From Tubulanus polymorphus (Eukaryota > Animalia > Nemertea): a stretch of 64,000 bases of DNA. Below, one piece after another: positions 13,661 to 25,701 of the stretch (positions within the stretch are counted from its first letter, which is position 1; each line of letters opens with the position of its first letter). The DNA is taken from assembly GCF_964204645.1 (NCBI RefSeq), contig NC_134028.1, forward strand, positions 23,370,345 to 23,434,344, written 5' to 3'. A model generated the notes under the pieces. The model was not told the origin of the DNA. It was given only the letters and a program-made list of their open reading frames with translations, and ran no database searches. Position numbers and translations under genes: made by a program.

Positions 13661-16257
13661 TCATCTTTTATTTGCACCAGTCTTCCTAATCTCTTCACTG
13701 AAGGTAGGCTTCTTAGTCACTGTTAAAGTGTCTTTTTCATCGGGATTAAATGTCACGAGACCGCCTTCCGGTGTTCGTAACTGGAAAACTACGGCCATCT
13801 TTTTCAACGCGGGATTCGTTCTTTCTAGGAATCGAATCCAACATTTTAACGAGTCCTTGCTGCCCGTACCGCTGATACACATTGCCAGTATGTTACCGCC
13901 TTCCTGCTGATGAACACTAGGTGGCAGCACTAGTGATGATTCCGGCTGTTCCGATTCGAAAAATGACGGAAACGTGAATAAATCTGAAAATGAACATGAA
14001 ATTTTCGATCTTGAGCGACAGTTGAATAATAGAATTCAGGCTGAAAAAAATGATACCTCGTTTCTCATTTCAACAGAGTCTACCCTGTAGATTTTTAGTA
14101 AAAATCATGATTAAGCTAGCTGCAACTGACCCGGCAGCTATAGAAATGAACTGATTACAAATTTTCATGCAGTTTACTAAAGTGACAAAGCCGATTAGGA
14201 GAAACAAGGTATCGTTTTATTTTAGCCTTTGATACTGGTGGCAGTTCTTGGCTACCAATGAATTAATCCCATGACACAAACACAATCAAAATCATTCAGA
14301 CTAGACACAGTCCTACATAGAGAGAACTAACTGTCCACACACAAATTTCAAATAAATCTGAAGATAGATAGAAACATCTCCAACCCAAAACGTCGGTTAA
14401 ACCTATGCTTGTTATCAATCTTCAATACTGTATGCGCACAGTTATGCCTAAAATGGTTAGAATAGAATTCACTTACTGGCGTCATCTTCAACTTTGTTCT
14501 TTTGTTCATCGTACTTTTCAAAAACGGACGGATCGCATTCGGACGTCAGAACGAAGTACGTCAACATTTTCTCTTTGATCCAAACGTGATAACCGCCTTC
14601 TACATAAACCGGTTGATTAAGAGGATGCTCTTCGAGCAGTTTCATCTGTTCAGGTGCCTGAGCACCGACGACAAATGTATCTTCCACGAAAAGATCATGT
14701 CGGTCTTGTAGGTCATTCGTCTGAAATGATAATTTATTCCATTCTTAGAAAACATGAACCCGGAGGCAGATTTAGGTGATGGTCTCAGAGTCTAGACCCC
14801 TGCCTTCCCATTGAGGTGGCCCTTTTCATCAAGTCAAAGATTGTCAAAATCTACAAATCTGAAACATCCTTTCGGAGATCTGCATATTTTCCGATATATT
14901 TTTTTAGAAAATATCTAATACGGTAAGGAGGGTGGGACCCCCTAGCCAAAAAAATGGCAACTTTTATCTGAAAAATGCCTTTTCTTCTGGAACGCGGCCT
15001 TCCGAATTTCCTAGCTCCACCTCTGCAATCCATAATAGGTCCAGTTGTTTTCACCTACCCAATAAACATCGATCATATTCTCTCTGTCTCGCGACATGCG
15101 TTTTAAAGCGAGTCGCGCGAGTTCAGTCGGGTCGGTCGGTAGATATTTCGGTATCGGCCACGGATTGATGTTCTTGAATTTCGGCATCCAGTACATCATA
15201 CGTTGATATTTTCTCATCGCGTGCGTATCTTTACCGAATACGCTGTAAACGATGTTACCGATCTCATCGTCCGGTGTGATACCTGAAATCGGTAAGAGCG
15301 AGAGCGGGGTGCAGTCAGTAAAATGGTCCCATCAATCCAGGGTTCGTGGGGTTTTTTCATTCCCAAAATCGTTGAGCGTCACTCGGGCCCTCCCTCGAGA
15401 ACATTTTGAATGATGGACCATTTTCTGAGCATCTAGTGATTCTAGATGAAAATAACCAGAAATAATTTGCTACTTTCTTAAGCCAGGTTGTGAAGATGTT
15501 ATCTTGGCAAAAAATTTGGAGGGCCCGGGCAGTTTTCCCTAATTTTTCCATCTTATTGCAGAAATTCCCTGAGTGAATTGGGGAAATTTCTAGGTTCAAA
15601 ATGTTACAATTCGTTCAATTTTCATTGAATCAAGTACTGATAAAGAAACATGGTCAATGAACACTATCGAAATTCCCAGAGTTTTCCGGGTTCTTTCGCA
15701 AAATTTGTCATTCAAGATTTTTCTAATTCGTTTCTGAGTTTTCCAGGACTTCCAGGTCAGTTCGGTTAGAGATATTTTCACTAACCATTTTCTTCCATTT
15801 GCTCGAGTAAATCCATACAGCACTGTTGATGTTTAGGATAGTGCTGCATTTCGACTTGCCAAGCGGATTTCGCGACCATCTTTCCGACCGGGAATATTTT
15901 CAACAACGATTTATACGCTTCGATGTCGCGATTGATACCGAATTCTTTCATACGTTTCAGAGCCGCATAAATAAACTCGACCGAACCTCGTCGATGGACT
16001 CCTTCTCGTTTCAGGTACACCGATATCGCCGCTTCGAACGTCTTCCTATCTCTATCTATTTTCGCCGCTTCGTCAAAAAGTCCGCCCTGTTTAGCGATCA
16101 ACGCTTTCTCCATTTCATCGGCATTTTTGTCTCGTTTATTTCTATATGCGGAGAGGTGAATTTGTGCATCTTGTAGCTGATTATTTAGAGTTCTTGTTGC
16201 CCTCCTCAGTAGTCGATGCGGATGCGGGCTGATCATACGCATTAAATTCCTTATCAT
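13661..16257 (-). CDS. ECSIT: ECSIT (Toll pathway intermediate / mitochondrial complex I assembly factor)
   Basis: Exons 16257-15786, 15282-15059, 14720-14477, 13983-13661 join in frame. Motifs HRRGSVEFIYAALKRMKEFG, HYPKHQQCCMDLLEQMEENG, YWMPKFKNINPWP, VYVEGGYHVW, WIRFLERTNPAL. Arg-rich N-terminus resembles a mitochondrial presequence. Confidence 0.93.
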
Positions 16258-17030
16258 TTTGATTCACGCTGAAATGATTACCAAGTAAATCGAATAAATT
16301 CATTGAATCATGAGAGACAAACAAAACTGAATTCTCTTTGGTGACTTTACTCACCGTCAATGTATCAAATTAACTAAAAATGGTAATTTTCAGACGCATT
16401 ATCAAAAATTCTCAACTACAAGGGCAACGACCTTGAGATCTATCTCGGATCGAATTCAATTCAAACTTGATTGAGCATTTTAAAGACAAAGGTTAAAAAT
16501 AATTTTATTGAACAGAAATCAACGGCATGAACATTTGATGTGATTAGATATTTTTAATTAATGGCTAATATTTTCATTTGAGAAATCCCGTTAATTCGAC
16601 AACCGATTCCATATATCTCCTCTGAGGCAGTAGTGTAACGCTTCACAAAAGTAATGAATCCCGGCGGCCGCTAAATAAACTGATCAGTCCGCTGGGCTAA
16701 GAGGATGAACTAACAGATAGATCAAAAATACAAAGATTGAATTATAAATCCAGCTGAAATCATACTACGTGCAGATTTTGAAAGGTTTGGGTAGCGTTGT
16801 TCAAAATCTACGGGTAGAGATATTGTTTACGTGTTATTTTTGCGTCAACTGAATATCTGAACATGTTTGGTCAAAGCAGTTCGATCCACGGGGTTATACG
16901 GTTAATCCTTGGTCACCACAACCAGCATGTGCTTCAAGATTAACGATTTGAATTATTCAAAGCTATTCGTCCATTTTTAAAATCTTTCACGGTGCACAAA
17001 TTTCCATAGAAATTCCTGAATTGACGTGCC

Positions 17031-17037
17031 TATAAAA
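17031..17037 (+). promoter_or_regulatory. TATA box of annexin gene
   Basis: TATAAAA about 115 bp upstream of the ATG|GTAAGA first coding exon (17148), preceded by TGACGTG. Confidence 0.55.
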
Positions 17038-17147
17038 TGCGCTAGAACCGGCTTCGAATCAGGACACTGACTCACTTCACACAAACACTTCTGTCGTACA
17101 CAGCACACTAGTCGTCAGTTCTACCAGTACCGCACCACAAATTCAAA

Positions 17148-20100
17148 ATGGTAAGACAAATATTAACTTTATTTTCATGTTCACTTATATTCAACCGATG
17201 TTGTATAGTTAATAATCGAAAATTGTCAGGTTTGATGCGATTGAAATTCATTGAAATGTTCTGAATTTCGGGGGTGTGGTTGTGATTTTTCAGCATTATC
17301 CATCAAAACGACCAGGATATGAACGCCACACCGATTTCGATCCAGAAAGAGACAGTGAATTGCTCAGAGCGGCGATGAAGGGATTTGGTAAATTCTTGCA
17401 CGTATTTCCACACTTGAAAACCTGGTCTGCGAGTAGTGGAGTGTAATTTTTTCTTCCGTCTTTTCAGGCACAGACGAACAAAAAATTATTGACGTCATCA
17501 GTCGTCGGTCAAATAGACAACGTTTATTGATAATTAAACAGTTTAATACCATGTTCGGAAAGGTAGGTAACTGGTTTTCAAGATAAAAAAAAGTCAGGGC
17601 AACTCCCACTTGTTGAATACATGTAGTTGTTTATATCAGTATCATATCGCATATGATACAATAGAATAACTCACTTGATTCGAATGACTATGGGGGGACT
17701 GACTGCCCAGATTTCTTCGAATTAACTAAAATCCGAATTATGAATGATAGTTTACCTGGTCCCAGGTTAAATTTCGCAAATATTTCGTGCGAATTAAAAA
17801 ATCCGAATTAGGTGAGATTACTGTATGAAGATATGCGTGCGTGAATAATTATTGCCATTATATGTAGCTACGTCTGCAGATATGTCTACTTAAATATTAT
17901 AACTGTATGCCAAGTGGTATATGAATGTGATTTCGCTGAATAAACACGCCAAAGTATATGTAAATGCATGCGACTTGACATATTTGTTAGGTTCCGTCAA
18001 TTATCCACAATGAATTAGCTTTGCTATGCACCTATATTAGTCATGGTATTCGGTACATTTTTACCATGCTGATGTCTGAAATGGGTGACCACCAACGGCG
18101 GTTTGGGGAATTTAGAATGGGGATGGGGCAGGGGGATTTACTAAGCCTAGTTTTGCATCATATTTATTTACATTTAGATACGCGAAGTACGAGCGCCAAG
18201 GACACGAAGCCTTGGGTGGGCGGGAAACATATTAACCTTCAATTATTTTGGCAAAACTAAAACTTTAGCCACCGAGGCCCGACATATCGTATTGATAATC
18301 TCAATTAGCCACACATTCAGCTTTTTATGAATTAAGACGATCCTTTTTTCATTTGAAATAGGACTTGATTGACGAGCTGAAAAGTGAATTAGGCGGAGAT
18401 TTCGAAGACATAGTTCTAGCGATGTTCAAACCGTCGGCTGATTTCGACGCCGATTGTCTTCGTAAAGCAATGAAGGTAATTTGCGTGGTAGTATTTAACA
18501 CTGGCAATATCGATATACATGTATATAGCTGTCGGAATTAATCTCCATTTTAACTATTTAACTGTACCGGCTCGTTACGCAGACGTGATCGTATAAATAT
18601 AATTCGTCATTAAATTTTGAAGGGTGCCGGCACAGACGAGGAAACACTGATTGATATCTTGTGTACTAGGACGAATGATGAAATTAAAGAAATCATCGGA
18701 GCCTACAATAGACGTAAGCCTCATGCCAAACGAGTGAGCGTTTTATTTTCGATGTAATTTGTCATGATGATGATGGTGTTGTTGAAAATGTTTTCAGTGT
18801 TCGATCGTGATTTGGTATCGGATGTAAAAAGCGAAACAAGTGGTCATTTTGAACGTTTACTCTTCTCGATGTTGCAGGTACCGCTTATTCGAAACCGCGT
18901 GAACACATTTCGATAAAACGAAGACTGCATTTCCGCATTTTTTATGCTACAATATCTTGTTGAATTATTCAGGCCAACAGAACTGAACTGACCGAAGAGG
19001 AATGGAACGAAGCTTATGAATCTGGATGGGACTCTGTTGTCGATCATGAACAGGCTGAACAAGACGCGAAGGATTTGTACGAGGCTGGCGCGGCTCAATG
19101 GGGAACTGATGAATCTAGATTCAACGTGATTTTGTGCACCCGTCAATTTTTCCAGCTCAGAGCTGTTTTCAATGCTTATGAAGAGGTAGGCCTAGCTATA
19201 CATCGGATTACACCGCGATCGCTCGAGCGGTTTTGGCCCGTGCCAGATCAGACCCTTTTGGCCAACCGCACATTTCCAAATCACCCTCGCTAAACAGGGC
19301 TTGTTTGTGTGAGCTTCGATGGGGGCCATTCACACCCTGGCAAGCGAGGATGGTTCCAAATAGGCATTTTACCAAAAACGTCGGAGTAAGTCCGTGTAAC
19401 TTTTAGCACGGGTCAAATCAATGTTCGTAATGCTCCGTGAAGCGACTAACCTCAGTTGCAATTATTACAAAGTTTATTGCTCAACAAACTACATTTTGCA
19501 TAGAGCAGATAAATACGAAAACAGAAAAAAATACGGGAAAATGACAGGCTTAAGTGTACATAATTCGACAGTGAAAAAACATCATGATTATGTTACTATA
19601 ATTTTATTCAATAAAAGGCCATGCATTTTCTTTTATAGTTAACTAGAGACAAATGCGTCTTTTTGAAATTTTACTAAACTAGGGTTCCTCCGACAGTGGT
19701 TAACGTGTGAACGCGCGCTCTCTAATTAGGCACGGGCCAAATTTTGACTCGCCCCGAGTATGTGATCGCAGTTTGCATTAAACCAAATATTCATACAATT
19801 ATACAAGTTACTAACGATGAGTAATTCACTTTTAAACAGAAAGCTGGGAAGACGTTCATCGAGGCGATTAAAAGCGAAGTGTCCGGAGATCTTAAAGCCG
19901 GATTTCTAGCTATCGGTCAGTATAAACTCTATATTATCTTAAACTGTATACTTCAAAATAAAATCACAACCATTCTAGGGGTCCAAAAACCTCACAAAGT
20001 AGCAGTAGTTTACTTAGTCAGTAACCTGTCTGTGATTTAGTTTCACGATCGGATATTTTCACAAACCACATATTGGTTTAAGACTCATTGGTATAAGCCC

Positions 20101-20523
20101 ATCCGATTATAAAAAGCTAACCACCAACGATTAGGTAACTAACTATAGTTTACTATGCTCGAATGATTTAATCTAAATTATGTTTCTATTCTCTCAGTTA
20201 TGTGCGCCAGACATACTGCTGATTATTTTGCAACGAGATTGCACGACGCGATCAGCGGAGCTGGTACTGACGAGGACCTGCTCACCAGAATCGTCGTCTC
20301 GCGATCCGAGGTATAGTAATTGTATTGTGCATCAAAGCCTTCAAGAACAGTAACGATTTCCTCGATGTTATCCTTGTTGTTCATCATGTTTCAGGTCGAT
20401 TTGGCCCATATTGCGCAAGCTTATGAGAATTTGTACGAGAAATCATTGGCTGACGCTATCGACGAGGATACCAGCGGTGACTACTCGAAAATCCTACTTG
20501 CAATAGTCAAAGGACACGAATGA
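17148..20523 (+). CDS. Annexin (invertebrate annexin B type, four repeats, short N-terminus)
   Basis: ATG-only first coding exon, then exons giving MKGFGTDE, MKGAGTDE, QWGTDE, ISGAGTDE and the SELGG/SETSG/SEVSG/EDTSGDY repeats. Ends LLAIVKGHE-stop. Confidence 0.93.
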
Positions 20524-21337
20524 ATATTCCGAAAGAAAATAAACGAACTTGATAAGACCTTGCATCTTCAAGATGAATTCAATTCATATCCACCGTATGA
20601 TGATTTTCAATGTTGAAGAAATAATTTAATAATAGGCTTGTTATACATATATATGATAATATATTCTATATATCTATTCTATCATACTATCTATAAACTG
20701 TCTTCTAGTTTATTTTTGTGTCTGTGTTCTTTTAGTAGAAAAACGCCGCTGTCCAACTTGCGGTTAAATTGAAAAATCCGAAAAGGTATCCGAACGAAAT
20801 AACGCACAAATAAACAGACGGCTACTTTGTACATCGACGTATAAACTGTAGTTTGTACGTCCATGGTACGATTGTTTCTTTGTTGCTAAATGGATTTGTC
20901 ATACAACCGTTTCTACGTCCCATGTTTCTCGCGCACGCGAGACCCGTGAGGAGGAATCCTATGTATCGTCACCTTTAAGCATGTCGGCGTCACCGGCGAC
21001 TTAGTCTAGGGCGATTCAGTCGCGATGATCGCCCCGTGTGTCCGAGGCTTAACATGTTTCGAATCGATCGTCTACTTTCAAACCAATGGAAATAAAGTTA
21101 TTCAGGATAAGAAGATTTATCTGTTGATTTATTATGACAATGCCAATCACTCCATATAACACACATCACTACAATAATTATGGGTTAGGTAAATTACACA
21201 CAGACAAACAAGAAAAAAAGTTTTTTAGGATAAAATTAGCGGTAAATGTTGCTGCAAGAAGAAAAAACAGACAGACAACGATAAGTCGGCAACCAGGGAT
21301 AACAATGGACGTGTATTAACTGGTTTTTTCGTCCATG

Positions 21338-22141
21338 CTATAACCAACCTGATTGCGTCACTTGCTCGTGATGATCTTGTATTATCCGAACGAGTCTTTG
21401 TTCCTCTTCCGAAATGAACGCCGCTAGTTTCGCCTTCGAAGGTTCATCTTTGAGACTCAGCTTGCCCTCTAGACCCGACTTCAAGAATCCGATGACTTCA
21501 TCGGCGTTCCATTTGCGAACGGCGATACGATCCTTTTTGAATTCGTCGATACCGTACGGAACTGTTTTAGCCGAGTTCCACGGAAGTTGAAAGTAGACGA
21601 CGTTCAATTCGATATCAATATCAATATCGTGAACGTCGTGGGCGAATCGTTTCAGATCTATGAACGCGCGCAGACAGTTGTTCTTCATCTTTTTCACGAT
21701 GTCCAGTTGTTGTCCGGGTCGATTCTTCTTTTCCACTTCTGCCAGGTAATGATTACAGGGCAGTCTCGCGAGATACACGGCTAATTTTAGTTTTGAGCCC
21801 TTCTTCGCCTGTTTGATCTGGCCGAGGTTTTTCGTCAGACGTCGAATCAGCAGGCGTTCCGCGTGAGGACGGTCGGACCCTGCGGCGCAGTCGACGAGGG
21901 CCACATCCAAAAGCGTATCTTCACCGGATGTAAATATCGCGTTCAGAAACGATCGTTGACTATCAGGACCCTTAATCAGACAGTCCTGCGCCGCCTCGCA
22001 TAAATCACCGTAGCTTTCGATTTCGTGTCGTTTTTTACAAGCGCCGTTCGGACATTGACGTTCGTCGTCGTGTTCACCGGCGAAATAGAGTTCGTCGATC
22101 TTAGCTTCAACCGCCTCCCAAAACTCGCTAGCTTCAGCCAT
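21338..22141 (-). CDS. Intronless AID/APOBEC-like zinc-dependent deaminase (about 267 aa)
   Basis: First ATG at 22141. PHAERLL, then beta-strand KLAVYLARLPC, then NNCLRAF, LNVVYFQLPW, GIDEFKKDRIAVRKWN: same order as the APOBEC alpha2-beta3-alpha3-beta4-alpha4-beta5 core. Confidence 0.7.
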   Translation of the reverse strand: MAEASEFWEAVEAKIDELYFAGEHDDERQCPNGACKKRHEIESYGDLCEAAQDCLIKGPDSQRSFLNAIFTSGEDTLLDVALVDCAAGSDRPHAERLLIRRLTKNLGQIKQAKKGSKLKLAVYLARLPCNHYLAEVEKKNRPGQQLDIVKKMKNNCLRAFIDLKRFAHDVHDIDIDIELNVVYFQLPWNSAKTVPYGIDEFKKDRIAVRKWNADEVIGFLKSGLEGKLSLKDEPSKAKLAAFISEEEQRLVRIIQDHHEQVTQSGWL

Positions 22142-23109
22142 GATCGGAGACACACAACTAAACAACCAGTGAAATATATCAGAAGCCTGTCGTCAGATCA
22201 ACTTACAGAGTGGCTCTTACTGTCGAATCCGCGACAATATAAATTATGTCGTGCTGTTTTGCGCGTCAGACACAAGTATAATTTACGACTATTCAACACT
22301 CAATGAATATTTAAAAAACAAGATTAATCAGTTACAAAACAATTTACGCTATCGAAGTGACACACTTCTATTGCTTGCCCAGACTTCAAACCGATTTAAA
22401 TATCGCGAAATGAAAAAAAAAAGTTCCATACAACGCCGCAGGGAATTTCATTTTCGACGAACTTGTTTACAATTTAGTCGAAGAAATCGCACGTATAGAA
22501 ACGGGTTCGTGTATATTTATGGACAGAAATATAATAAACATAGATGATTCTTAGTAAATTGTCATTTCTATGACCATAACTTATGTAAATATGTCGAGGA
22601 ATGACTTCAGGACTAGTTGGTATTGGGTATTTGAATTTATGTAGGGTAAATTCCCATTTGTCCACTGCTTTTGTGAGTAAAGTCCAAGTAAGGTTTCTAC
22701 AAATCAAACAGCCAGCAGTCTATATACGCCCTATGAATATATCTATTTTCAATGGGAAGTTAATATACAATGACATGGATTTCAAGTGGTATCCTGCAAT
22801 TTGAGCACTGGTTCAATTATTCTATTCTATTTATTTTTTTCACTTTTGGAATTCATTGTGCCTTTCTTGAGTACAAAGAAACGATTTATTTTCATGTCAA
22901 ATTTCAAACCGGAATGTCTATACTACATTTATTATTCATGAACTAATTAGCTGATTACCCGTTCCAGACGAAATCGATACAGCTACCAAACAGTAACCGT
23001 TATGATAGTCGTGTTAGTGGGAATACCACAGGGCTATGTATTTTGAAATGACATTGTGAGAATACATTCATATCTTTATATAGGAAAATGATTGATAAAA
23101 AATAATCAC

Positions 23110-23272
<163 letters not shown>

Positions 23273-23742
23273 TTATTTACAGTCCGTTACATAAAATATC
23301 TCAACAGACTTTACAAATTGACAAAAACATAAGACAATTGACAGATATATAAAATATTACCCAATAAAATAGATATTTAATTTCAAACATCGGCTCGAAT
23401 TAAAGAAAGGATTCGAACTTTCAGCCCCAACCGAAAGTCCAAGCGTGCCCGTATGACCACTTCCATTGAATTGTTGCTATAGATTGGAAGTTTTTCTTGT
23501 TAGTGATAAGCGTGTTGACCAGTCAGGCTCGGTGGTCGCTTCTAAAATGCTCAATTCACCAACGATTTTTTTCTGACCAGAAAATGGGCATTCGGGGGCT
23601 TTTGGGGAGTGAGTGGAACTTTATTTTTCCGAGTAAGAGAATGAATGATTTTATTCTGACTGATTGACTTATCTGTGACCATTGAAACTCAAAACGTATA
23701 GAAATTATTGATACATGATGCTATAGAGACACGTTAAGACGG

Positions 23743-24762
23743 TTATCGGTGAAATACATGAACATGTTTTTCGCATATGCTGTATTTCAACATGCGTCGA
23801 ATTTCATCCTTCAGTGGACGAATATTCAGCATATAAATAAAACAACTGGTCGAGTGATTTCCCAGAGAGAAGATACCGGCCATGTTTTTCAGTAAAACAA
23901 CATGATTAGCCGACATCGATCTGATTTTGAAAATGGAAATGTATTGCGTAAGCAGAGAAAAGATCATCGGCGTTGCGAACGTCAGGTTCATGGCAAGTAT
24001 CGCTAGTAGAATACTGATACATCGCAATTCTTTTTTCGAGTGATGATTTCCTGTAGCCACGCGGAGGAAAGAACTACGTCGGGCGCATAGCAGACAAATA
24101 CCGATAATTACGAACGATATCGAATTCCCGAGCCACGGTATCAGAAATGACATATAGAAGAAACTGGCCAACATAATGATTCTAGGGATTTCTGGTAACT
24201 CTCCGTACGGGTCGAACTCGCATAAGTAGTACCGTCTGACTAGATGGATTTTGTGGCCCCGAATCGGCGAGTAACATCCGGGTAGCGATAGAAAAATCGT
24301 CGAAATGACCAGGATGATTTTACGCGTAGTCGACGTGAAATGAAGTTTACGTCTAAGCGGAAAGGCGATGATGACGGCGCGTTCAATCGAAAACACCAGT
24401 ACAATCCAACAAGATAAAGTGATACTGACTAACACAACCACCATTAAAATCTTACTAAATATATCCGAATTAGGCATCGTTAGATAAGTACCGACCCCTA
24501 ATGTAAAGCCTACCAACGAGGAGTGTTGGTAGAACAGGGCCCAAAGAGCCACGAGATCCGTTATTGCCAAAGGAATGAAGTAATGTCTCGCCCACGATTC
24601 TATTTTGCGGCGTAGTTTCACCAACAGAACGAACGCGAATACGTTTCCCAATGTTCCGAATATCATACAACTAACACCGTACGAAATAGCCAACACGAAC
24701 GTGATTCTCTTCCACTGCGGAATGTCGTTCGTTTCCCGCGAGTAATTCGCTCCCAGCGTCAT
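23743..24762 (-). CDS. Orphan class A (rhodopsin-like) GPCR, intronless, peptide/chemoreceptor-like
   Basis: 339 aa with seven hydrophobic segments; TM1 GTLGN, TM2 LAITD, TM3 FSIERAV..AFPL, TM5 IPW, TM6 TP, TM7 NHSTSCFIY; N-terminal NYS glycosylation site. Confidence 0.88.
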   Translation of the reverse strand: MTLGANYSRETNDIPQWKRITFVLAISYGVSCMIFGTLGNVFAFVLLVKLRRKIESWARHYFIPLAITDLVALWALFYQHSSLVGFTLGVGTYLTMPNSDIFSKILMVVVLVSITLSCWIVLVFSIERAVIIAFPLRRKLHFTSTTRKIILVISTIFLSLPGCYSPIRGHKIHLVRRYYLCEFDPYGELPEIPRIIMLASFFYMSFLIPWLGNSISFVIIGICLLCARRSSFLRVATGNHHSKKELRCISILLAILAMNLTFATPMIFSLLTQYISIFKIRSMSANHVVLLKNMAGIFSLGNHSTSCFIYMLNIRPLKDEIRRMLKYSICEKHVHVFHR

Positions 24763-25062
24763 CGTCTCACAATGTCTCAGAATGTCGTCTCTCAGTCTAT
24801 AACTAATTGGTATCGAGCAAAAATCTTTTCATTCATTGGTTGATGTTAATCTGTAGTAATATGCAGTAATTAGTAAGATGATTAAACAGTTTTGCAATGT
24901 TAATTGGATTTAAATTATGTATCTGAATTTATCTTTTCTCGTGCACATCAATGTCTCTGTTTAACCTTATGGCTATTTCATGCGATAAATAATATTCCTA
25001 GATAATATATATGTGGTGAATCGTAGAATGCAGATAATGAGAATATAGTCGAAACAGAGCAG

Positions 25063-25222
25063 AACGATAACCACACTCAAACGTGGCGAACGGATAATAA
25101 GATAAAAACCCACTATCTACAGATTGAAAGAATTTTAAAACCGAGAATTTATTTATTCGAACAATCTAAAATATATAAAACACGGCGTTTCGATCTCACC
25201 TGAGAGATCATCGTCAGGTGTT
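25063..25222 (-). mobile_element. Penelope-like short element with hammerhead motif (same family as 54483-54630)
   Basis: Minus strand ACAC-CTGACGA-TGATCTC..GAGATC-GAAACGCC-GTGT followed by the same GTAGTGGGTTTTTATC..CCACGTTTGAGTG tail; another copy at 26001-26160 (+). Confidence 0.65.
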
Positions 25223-25701
25223 AGTCGAAACGTTGAATTAACTACAAACTCGAGGAAACATTTTCAGACTTTATATTATTTTTTCGTTATTATTGTAGGA
25301 TTCACAACACGGATATAGTGTTCTATCAATGGTTATATTTCTACTAGAAGTTCATTGCAATACATTTTCCCACACAATTTCATATTTGTTCTATCTTTTT
25401 GGGCATTTCTAAAATCTAGGAAAAATAGCCCCTCGCCCATGTATACTCGCACATTATTTGCTTGTCGAAGTGCGCAGCCTTACAAATATGGCCGAATTAT
25501 TTTTCTTACCACAGGACATCGATTCTACTAATGGCGTCTTTGGTGAAGGAGACAATCCGTGTATTGTGCTCGTGTTGTGCTTTTTGAAAACAACGCAAGA
25601 TCGCAATTGGAATACTTTGTTACATATGCACCAAACTTTCACTTAAATGATCAAAACAGTCCAGACCTACAGCAGCAAACACGACAGACGCCGTCTCGGT
25701 T

